A DNA stretch of 64,000 bases from Eledone cirrhosa (taxonomy: Eukaryota): NCBI GenBank assembly GCA_964016885.1, contig OZ024741.1, positions 329,530,001 to 329,594,000 on the forward strand, given 5' to 3'. Below, in pieces: positions 54,634-64,000 of the stretch (position 1 is the stretch's first letter; each line of letters opens with the position of its first letter). A program made the translations under genes and the position numbers. Under the pieces are notes generated by a model that searched no databases, was not told the DNA's origin, and saw only the letters and a program-made list of their open reading frames with translations.

Positions 54634-56285
54634 CCCAATATATATATATATGTATAAAATGTTTGTATGTGTGTAAATATATATTCCAGCTATCAAATAT
54701 AAGACATGACAGCCTCCCTAGTGGTGATGCCACAATGAAATGCACTCTGTAGAGCACAGGGATGTTTATAATCGAGTTGCCCCCAGGAACTCTGCTTCAG
54801 TACTGACTTGGTTTGTGATGACGTCTTTCTACTCTTGCTAGCAGGGAAGAAAATTATGATAGGAAGGGGCATCCAACCATAAAAAAACCTGCTGAATAAA
54901 GGATCAGGAAGAAGCCTCTCTACTATTGGTAATCTACTTGATAAATGCATCCAGCAATAGAAAACCTGCCAAACAAAGGGTCAGTAAAACTTTTCTAGTT
55001 TTGGTGCCACCAAATACACTCAGTAGAGCATGAGGTGGTATGTTGGGCCTCTATCCTACCTGAAGGTCAGAGGATCTACTTAAGTAACGACTGACCTGTG
55101 TTAACATGTCCAACCTTTGTTAGCAGGGAAAACATACATTAAACAATGATACCCTGTCCAACCCATACCAACATGGAAAGCAGACAAAATGATGTGCGTC
55201 TGTGTGTATATATTAGAGGTGGTGTGTCGGTGTTCAAAGGGTTAAAGAGAACAAAGTCTGACAAAAGGTCACTTGCAATTTCCAGAGTTGGGTCTCGTTC
55301 ACTTTCAGTGCAACAACCATATAAGGATGTCTGAAGTTTTCACTGTACAAAATTTTAATGAGATCAACTTAAAGAAATGAACCGTCAGCTGTCATATGCC
55401 ATGCAGGATTATGTTAGTCTGGGGTCTGCAACATATACCATAAAGGGAGCTCTAAATTTTTTTTTTAATATGACTAAAACTGTTTATATTTATCTAAAAA
55501 CCAACCACCATCTTAATAATGAAAAAAATATGTTACTAAATTCCTTCAAATTAATTCTTCTTCATTACCCACTTATTCCTCAGAGGGTCATGGAAGCAGA
55601 GTCCTCAATCACACCCTCCAGTGGGTCCTGCCAAAAGCAACTCTCCAACCGATCCAGCTGGATCCCTAAGTGAGACCAACCAAGCTCGGGATGTTATCTT
55701 GATTATTTTCAAAATTATTTGTTAATCATAGCCAGTGGTTTTCATTGTAAATATAGTAACAAAAGGGTTAATGTCTCTCCTGTACCAGATTGAGTGCAGG
55801 GTCTGCAGCATTTACTATAAATGTGACACAAAGATGAAAGGCAGTACAGTACTATAATATAAAGCACTTAACATGAGGCCCCTAAAGATGTGGGGCCTGT
55901 AGCATATACTATACAGAGGTTTTATTTTGTTGGTTTTTTCATGCAATAAAGATTGAAGGCAGTACAGTACAAAACACTTAAAGCAGGGCCCATAAAATGT
56001 GCATCCTGAAGCATATACTATAAAAGGGGCCTTATTTTTTTTTTTTGTAATGTGATAAAAGTTAAAGGTGATAATATAAAACACTAAATGCGGGTGCCTC
56101 TTGTTACAAAGTTAATTCGGCACTGTTCATACCTACATGGCCATCTAAAGGAGGTGGGTGTAGATATTTTAAAACGCCAAATTGGCAGTCAGTTTTTTTT
56201 TTTTTTTTTTATTGCTTATAGTATCAATAAAAAAAAGGGAGAAAAATATCGATAAAAGTTGAAAATTGTGACACAATTAGAAATA

Positions 56286-56643
56286 AACCAAGATAATACG
56301 GAACGTAAAAAAATAACTTAGCTTTCTTGAATTACTGAAACGAATAAGTTTCGTTTTACCGTTTTTGTTTTTTTTTATAATTGTTTTATTTTAATTAGTA
56401 TCATTACGTGCTTCAAAAATAAAATTATTTTTTACGTATACACGAAGCGTTAAGTATATTTTTGCATTTTAAAATATTAGTTCTTTCAATTTTAAAGTAT
56501 TAAGGATGATGATGATTTCATAAAATATATATATATATTTATATATATAAATGTAGGGAGTCAAATCGACGCTAAAAGTAAATTTAGTTTCAGTAATTCA
56601 GGAAAGCCGATTATTTTGTTATGTTCCCCATTATCGTTGGTTT
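56286..56643. repeat. Degenerate inverted repeats (~60 bp) around an AT-rich core (MITE/fold-back-like)
   Basis: aaaccaagataat...gctttcttgaattactgaaac versus gtttcagtaattcaggaaagc...attatcgttggttt. Confidence 0.6.
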
Positions 56644-58506
56644 CAGTTTTAATGAACAAATTTATTGATGCCAGGAAGATTAAATAATGAAACGGGGTAT
56701 ATCTCAGCATTGCCGCAGAGAACAGCCAGCGACACCTGCTGCATCAGACATTCCACCTCATAGAGGCTCCTTCACTTCTTCAGACAGGATGCCCTCCTCC
56801 AGACATTGCGGAGCAAAACAGCAGTTCAGGATCTGATGACACCAGAGCTCTCGACAGCAACCGGCACGAAAGTCCTTGTATATGGATATTTTCTGCTTCT
56901 CTGTTATGAGCGGCAGAGGTGGAGAATGTATCACAGAAGGTGGCATCCCATATTAGAAATGTAAAGGTTATTCCATCTGAGCGCTAACTGCCGCCACTTC
57001 CGGGGCCAGGAGACTTTGCGCTACATTCAGAGTCCTTTTGATGACATCCCCAACATACTGAGGGAACCAATCTGTATAGTGACAAGAAAACAGATGTGGA
57101 AGCCAACATACAGAGCCACATCAATGCGGGTGCATTCATCACCAACAAGGGTACCTCATTGATGAGGGCGCCGCAGTTTGGTTACAAGGTAGACGAGGGG
57201 CAGTTGAAAGGAGGCTGGTTAAAACTACATTTGATGTCATCCCCATTCCATCAGTACTCTCCATACAAAGGGGACAGTGCAGCCATCGTCAACCCAACTC
57301 AAATGACCAAAGCTGACTCTAGTTCACGCTCTACATTGGATTCCGTCGCCAGAATTTTCAACTTTTATCATTACATCTAACCAATACTACCTGTTCGGTG
57401 GTTTTATGCATTTGAAGCAGAATAATTAATAGTGATAATGGAAAGAGGAGAAAGGGATATCCATGATAGTTTTATGATGCTATTAGTGACACTGTAAAGT
57501 ATACTTCTATAAAGGTGCAGGCTGTGTGATTACAGAATTCGCTTCAAAACTATGGTTCTGGATTCAAGTCTCGTTGCCGTTGAGTGAGACCTTGGGTGAG
57601 TGTCTTCTACTGTAGCTTCAGTTTGACCAAGGATTCTAAGTGGAATTTGGTAGACAAAAAAGGCAGAAGCCCATTGAACACAAACACACAGTATATATAT
57701 ATATATACAATATAGAGAGGAAAAAACACAGGAGAATGTGTTTTCATTTACAGGGGGTATAAGATCACTAGCATTGCTCTACTATATACTAATATAATAG
57801 CCTTGTGTATTTGTCCATAACGCAATAGAGATGACCGAGGAACAAAGGGATGATCAAGTCCACTGAGGAAGGGAGTGGTGGCAGCGTATAAAATTTGTTA
57901 CACCTGTGTGTGTATATGTATAGCGAATTGGCTACACACGTTGGCTGTTATGATGATGTTTGTGTAAGTTATATACAATATTTGTGTATGTTTGTGTGTT
58001 TATTTAGAAAGATACATAGACAATAGAATTACAAACACATACATATATATAAACAGGCACAGTTAGAAAAAAAGTATTACATACACACACATCCATGTGA
58101 TGACTGAGAAACTATAGACATCCGGCGTTCTAAGATTCATCACAGCTGTGTGTGTAGCGATTTGGCTACACACATTGACTGTGTGTTTGTATGCTTGTAT
58201 CACTTGTGTGAGTGAGAGCGAAGAAACCTATCAACTAACAGACAAACATCTCTTTTTTATATTATGCATAGATATTACAATTCGCCGTCATTTTTTATGA
58301 CACGGGACCAGTTAGTATATGTATAAAAGCTTAATACAGAGGAGAATGATGGAACATTGCTGTATTGATAGAAACGTTTGTAAATCAATTACTGGTTATT
58401 TTATATTATATATATATATGGATTCCCGATATATATCGAGGTGTCAATATTTAAAAAAGGTACTTAGTACATTAGTACAGTATAGTTATCTTTACTTTAT
58501 TATAAC

Positions 58507-59150
58507 GGCCAGCAACACAGGTCCAGTGATCAGAGTCAACCAACAGGACCTCGAGGAAGTCGATCACTTCACCTATCCGGGCAGCATCCTGACAAGCAGC
58601 AGCGACACGGAGCTCGACATCAACTGTCAGATCGGCAAAGGAGCCGCAGTTTTCCAGCGACTGTGCCCAGTCTGGTCGTCTTCATGCATTAGCACCAAGA
58701 CCAAGCTCTGCCTGTACAAGAGCATCGTGTTGCCGACAGTGCTTTATGCGAGCGAGATCTGGAAGAGTACGGCAAAAATAGAGAGACGGCTGAACGCTTT
58801 CCACCAGCGGTGCCTGAGAAAGATCCTTCGTGTGTCCTGGCGCGACCGAGTGCGAAACGAGGAGATCCTGCGAAGAGCCGAGCTGTGGACGCCACAGAGC
58901 GTCGGTGCGCCTGGCTGGCCATATTCTGCGTCTGCCAAATGAACGGCATTCGAAAACAGCGATGAACTGGACTCCGCCTGGCGGTAAACAGAGGCGGGGT
59001 TGCCCAAGGATCACCTGGTGACGAACGTTCCGGAAGGACCTGATGGCAGCCAACATCACCTGGCACGGTCTAGAAAAAGTTGCCGCTGATCGTGAACGTT
59101 GGCGAGTACTTACTGCTCGATGCGCGGAAGAGTCTAAGAGTAAGACTTTA
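58507..59150 (+). mobile_element. RTE-clade LINE 3' fragment (another family, no PHD visible in the retained part)
   Basis: LEEVDHFTYPGS...VLPTVLYASEIW...LNAFHQRCLRKILRVSWRDRVRNEEIL...GHILR...RRGCPRITW. Confidence 0.85.
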
Positions 59151-60789
59151 TTATAGAAATTACTTCTTCAGGACTAAAACTATATCATTCGTAATATATA
59201 TCTGCCTGTGTTTATATCTCATAATCTAGCGGTTCGACAAAATAAAGTTCGAAAAATAAGTACTAGGGTCAATATAATTGACTCAAACAAAGGGGAGCTG
59301 TAGCATGGCTATAAACTAATGAATGAAACCAGTAAAATAATGAAACAGTGTATTTGCTTTCTGTTCATAAATGACGCCATAACAAAATCTCGTTTGTGCG
59401 AGACTATGCGTTTGATTTTTTTTTTTTTTTTCAACGGAAACCAAAAAATTATAGATTTTGGGGAGCAAGAATGAACTTTCTTTGCTAAATATTGTTGAAG
59501 GAAAATATTGATAAATTTCAATTTTTAAATAAATAAAAAAATTACGAAGAAAAGAGAAAGCGATTCTGTTAATATTGGCGGGAAATAGAAAGACAGAGTG
59601 AATAAGAGAGAAGTACACTGAGTGTGTGTGAGAGAAAGAGAGGGGTTTAAAAGGTACACAGAAAAAGGAGGGTATGTGAGGGAGAGATTTAAAAGGCACG
59701 TAGAAAATAGAGGGTGCTGGAGACAAATTTAAAGACACAGAAAAAAGAAGCTGTGTGTGAGAGGGAGAGGTTTAAAAGGCACATAGAAAAGAGAGGAAAG
59801 AAATTAAAAAGACACAGAAGAGAGAGAGATTTAAAAGACGATGATGTTTGTAAGAGAAAGAGAGTGAGAGATTAAAAAGACAGGGAGAAAGAGAAAGTAT
59901 AAAAGGTCAAAGAAACAAAATAAAGCGAAAACGAAGCATATAGTACAAAGAGGAATATGGTGGTGTGGGAAAGAAAGTCGATATGAGTATTTGATTGTTA
60001 GATATATAGATGAGAAAAATAGAAAGAAAAGGGTGAAATTAGGAAAATGAACGAACTCATGCAAAAAAAGAGAGTTCATTGTGAGAAGCAGAGAGAGAAA
60101 GGGCTCCGATTTTATATTTATATTGTTAAATAATTTATTTCTGGTTGAATTAAAACATATTTCTGTACATTGAAATAATCGTGGAAATTAAACTAGTTAA
60201 TACGTAACGATGAATATATAAATTGTTACAGTTAATTTCCGTTAGTTGTCGCCGTAATTTTATAATTCCAAACCTTAATTCTTTGACGTTATTTGATGTT
60301 ATTGCAAATAATTTTAACTTCATTTAGGTTTATGACATTTTGTTATTATTTTTATTTAAATTTTTTAACTTTTAACATCAACGCGACCGTTATTATTACC
60401 ATTATAAATAATTATAATAATTTAGGATGTAGTTAATCAGATTTATTTGTATGGAAATGCTACAAGCAAGTGTCGAGTGAAAAATATACTTTAGATACTT
60501 AATATCGTCCTTTTATGTTCTGAGTTCAAATCCTGCCAAGGTTGACCGAGGATTTTCATCCTTCAGTGAGAAGTCGATAAAATAAATATCGTTGTTGAGT
60601 CATGATCACCCAGACATTTTCTCTGTGCTGGACTTACCTATAAGCTATAGGGGACCTCCTAAATATATATTTTTATTCTATCATTATGTGAAAATAATTG
60701 AGCACTATCTAACAAAGGGAACAGAAAAGGAAGAGTCAAGCAACGAAAGAAAAGTAGGGGGAGTATACACTACACCCCAGTCTGAGCGG

Positions 60790-60977
60790 TACCTTAGCCG
60801 CGCCCCGCGGACAGAATGACAAAGGCATTATCACGGGCAATGGCCAGAGACACCAGCTACTCCATCTCACGGTGCTCCCTCCTCGAGCGGGCCGCCGTCT
60901 TTTTGAGTTTACGGAGAAAATCAGCAGTGCAGGAACCAAAGACACCAGAGGTCTTGATGGAGACCAGTAGAAAGAGT
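60790..60977 (-). mobile_element. CRE-like non-LTR element C-terminal remnant (continues beyond 62848), split by the LTR element
   Basis: Minus translation FLLVSIKTSGVFGSCTADFLRKLKK...REHREME*LVSLAIARDNAFVIL resembles the ETxG..G....FL...RE....SLAIxRGNA C-terminus of CRE-type ORFs. Confidence 0.55.
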
Positions 60978-62844
60978 TGTAGTGACCTACATTCCGCGGG
61001 CTCACATACATTCTCCGTGCGTGATTTGGCTCAGTTCAGCTAATCAGCGCCAGTAGAAGAAAATGTATCCCTACGCGCCCTGAGGGAGAAATTCCCCGCG
61101 AGGATTTGAAGAATCAGCCTCTTGCATCCTGAACTTCGAAGGAACAACACGTACAACATGTAACGGTGAGATTTTGCACTTTGGCCTGCCTCGGGCCTGG
61201 CACAATGGCACATTCCTTTTGTAACCTTTTTTAGGTTGAACTACAATCATACAATTTAACAAAACATTACTTTGTGCCACAACAAATAAACATACTTTTC
61301 ATCTCACGAACATTCTTCTTGTTGACGTTGTTATCAAGTTACTCGTTTGTCGATATGACTAATACATCTTTCTACCAAGCTGATTACTGGTGGCGTTATA
61401 ACAATTACATTATTTCCTCTAACAACTTTGTTACAACATCTAAATAACCTTGCTAAATTGGTGACCCCGACGTGATCAGTTTGGTAGAAAGATGTGTTAG
61501 TCATATCGACAAACGAGTAACTTGATAACAACGTCAACAAGAAGAATGTTCCCCGCGAGGATTTGAAGAATCAGCCTTTCGCATCCTGAACTTTGAAGGA
61601 ACATGTAACGGTGAGATTTTGCGAGATCCCTTTTCATCTGGTTGAGGTGCCGACACATGCTAGCGACTCAGAACTTAATTCACCTGGATTCAAACAGGCA
61701 TCGCAACACGAGAACTGCTAATTGCAGCTGGATTCAAACAGCTTCGCATCACGTTGCACACTCACCGTCCATAACAACCTCCATCTTGTTACCTTACCCG
61801 ACTCATTGGGAAAACAACAAATGGAACTGGACCTGTCAGCATTTCCACCACTTCTGTGGATTCGCCAGAACTATGGAATTTACACTGCAACTACTACCCA
61901 CCTACAGATTCAACTTGCTTTTTTCTTTTCAAAGCAACCAGCCATTTTTTCCTGGCTGCCTAGCACTTTCGGCAATACATCTGAGAGGCCGACATTTTCT
62001 CGCCTACCCATCATCTTCTTGCCAGCACTGGTAAACTACCATAATAGCTTCATCCACAGCTACTGGTACAACACTAACATTTGGTTCATCCACAGCTACT
62101 GGTACAACATTAACATTTAATGCAAGAACAGCAACTTCGCTCATGTCAGACTTTATCCGTTTTCTGTTAGACCCTTGGTGGTCACGTATAAACTACAAAA
62201 CAGCTAGTTATTTGACACAGCGGCTCAACACGACCCTTAGCGCCTCATTTTTTTTCTTGCATGCATTCTTCTGTTCAATTATTTTTTTTCACTGATGTGC
62301 TCTTTCAGCATTTTTTCCTAATGATTCAATAATCTGTATCGTCTTACAACTAGAGGGGGAGTATTGTAGTGACCTACATTCCGCGGGCTCACATACATTC
62401 TCCGTGCGTGATTTGGCTCAGCTCAGCCAATCAGCGCCAGTAGAAGAAAATGTATTCCTACGCACCCTGAGAGAGAAATTCCCCGCGAGGATTTGAAGAA
62501 TCAGCCTCTCGCATCCTGAACTTCGAAGGAACAACACGTACAACATGTAACGGTGAGATTTTGCACTTTGGCCTGCCTCGGGCCTGGCACAATGGCACAT
62601 TCCTTTTGTAACCTTTTTTAGGTTGAACTACAATCATACAATTTAACAAAACATTACTTTGTGCCACAACAAATAAACATACTTTTCATCTCACGAACAT
62701 TCTTCTTGTTGACGTTGTTATCAAGTTACTCGTTTGTCGATATGACTAATACATCTTTCTACCAAGCTGATTACTGGTGGCGTTATAACAATTACATTAT
62801 TTCCTCTAACAACTTTGTTACAACATCTAAATAACTCTTCTAAA
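60978..62844 (+). mobile_element. Non-autonomous, internally deleted Ty3/Gypsy-type LTR retrotransposon
   Basis: 480-bp LTRs at 60978-61457 and 62365-62844; GAGT TSD (60974-60977, 62845-62848); PBS at 61459-61476; PPT AGAGGGGGAG at ~62352-62361; frameshifted gag-like FPP..DSPELW remnant near 61840. Confidence 0.92.
61459..61476 (+). promoter_or_regulatory. Primer-binding site, tRNA-Trp type
   Basis: TGGTGACCCCGACGTGAT is complementary to the 3' 18 nt of animal tRNA-Trp and lies 1 bp after the 5' LTR. Confidence 0.88.
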
Positions 62845-62965
62845 GAGTAAATGGTGGTAAAAATGATCATGATCTCCAGTTTATCCAGCAGGGTGCAGGA
62901 GAAAGGCATTGAACCCAGGCAGAGGAACGTCCTTGAAATATTAGAGAATGGGTAAATCTTTATAA

Positions 62966-63155
62966 TAACTGTTTCTACTTTTGGCACAAGGCCACCAATT
63001 ATCCCAGTGCATTACGTCTACTTTATTTTATCGACCCCGTAAGGATGAAAAGCAAAGTTAACCTCGGCGGGATTTGAACTCAGATCGTAAAGGATCGTAA
63101 CTCTATACTGCAAAGCATGGCATCCGACCCGCTACCGATACTGCCAATCAAACCT
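62966..63155 (-). mobile_element. Meta-like SINE
   Basis: Matches 22365-22551; a further diverged copy lies at ~63410-63620. Confidence 0.85.
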
Positions 63156-64000
63156 TCTAAGTAAATCTTTATAATAACACCTGTCTTACAGACATGTTAT
63201 GGAGTTCTCGGGTGTGGGAACCACTATAAACGAGCAATTTACGACAGTTTTAAAGGTCATATTCGTTCAAAACACACACGAGTTATAGATTAAACAAATT
63301 TCAACATAAAAATTCTCACCAAACTTATCAACTAGCTACACTTAAAATTATAACAAAAAAACACATAAATAACAATAATTACTATTACATTTGTCTCGGG
63401 GGCAGGTGTAATATTGGTTTCTGAATTAGGTACAATTTCGTGGGAGGGGAAGTCGATTATATTGACCCCAGTGCGTTACTGATACTTTATTTTATTGACC
63501 CCATAATGATGAAAAGCAGAGCTAACCTCAGCGTGATTTGAACTCAGAATGTAAAGGGACGTAACTATGTGCAAAAAAGCTTATTGTCTGACGCTCTACC
63601 GATTCTGCTAATCCTCCACCCTAGAGACTGGTGTAATGATAAACATCTACCAGAAAATGGTTTGCATACATTGAAAACTAACATTTTACAAAATGGTTGA
63701 CGATGACCGACAGGAGACAACATATAGAGCCGACTGGCTTTGACAATCTCTCTAGAGCTTGCTACTCCGATAAAATTGTACCAAGTACACTCCAAAATGG
63801 TTGACGGTTAAACGGAGACGACAAGGAAGGATTCTTTAGTGATGTCAAGGACATTTGATAACCTCTCATTATTACATGAACTCTGTAAAGTAGTTGTTAG
63901 TATTAGGAAGAGTATTCGACTCATGCCACACATCTATGTCTGTCTGTCTGTCCCCCTAAACCTCGAGAACCACCCAACCGATTTTTTTCAAACTTTACAC

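Noticed and set aside
63176-63400. Possible GIY-YIG (Penelope) remnant
   Set aside because: Only a vague FK..I..H pattern with stops; not supportable without an HMM search.

Overview
AT-rich animal DNA dominated by repeats. The (TA)n load, tRNA-derived SINEs, RTE LINEs and a C2H2 zinc-finger gene are consistent with an octopod cephalopod (inference). There is one credible host gene, a single-exon C2H2 zinc-finger CDS at 51443-52678, with possible upstream exons. Positions ~8.3-34 kb are a mosaic of about 20 non-LTR retroelement pieces, each embedded in (TA)n: three RTE families with (GAT)n tails and a PHD finger inside the RT, plus CR1-like and RTE-like 3' ends and SINEs. Also present are a decayed mariner, a SINE-derived 44-bp minisatellite, and a complete non-autonomous Gypsy-type LTR element (480-bp LTRs, tRNA-Trp PBS, PPT, GAGT TSD) inserted into a CRE-like remnant. 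The most notable observation is six type-I hammerhead ribozyme motifs (two with intact cores) plus one half motif. They sit in non-coding, (TA)n-embedded elements with tandem, permuted or fold-back structure, resembling Penelope pseudo-LTRs or non-LTR retrozymes. All calls were made by eye with no database searches. Element boundaries are approximate to a few bases.
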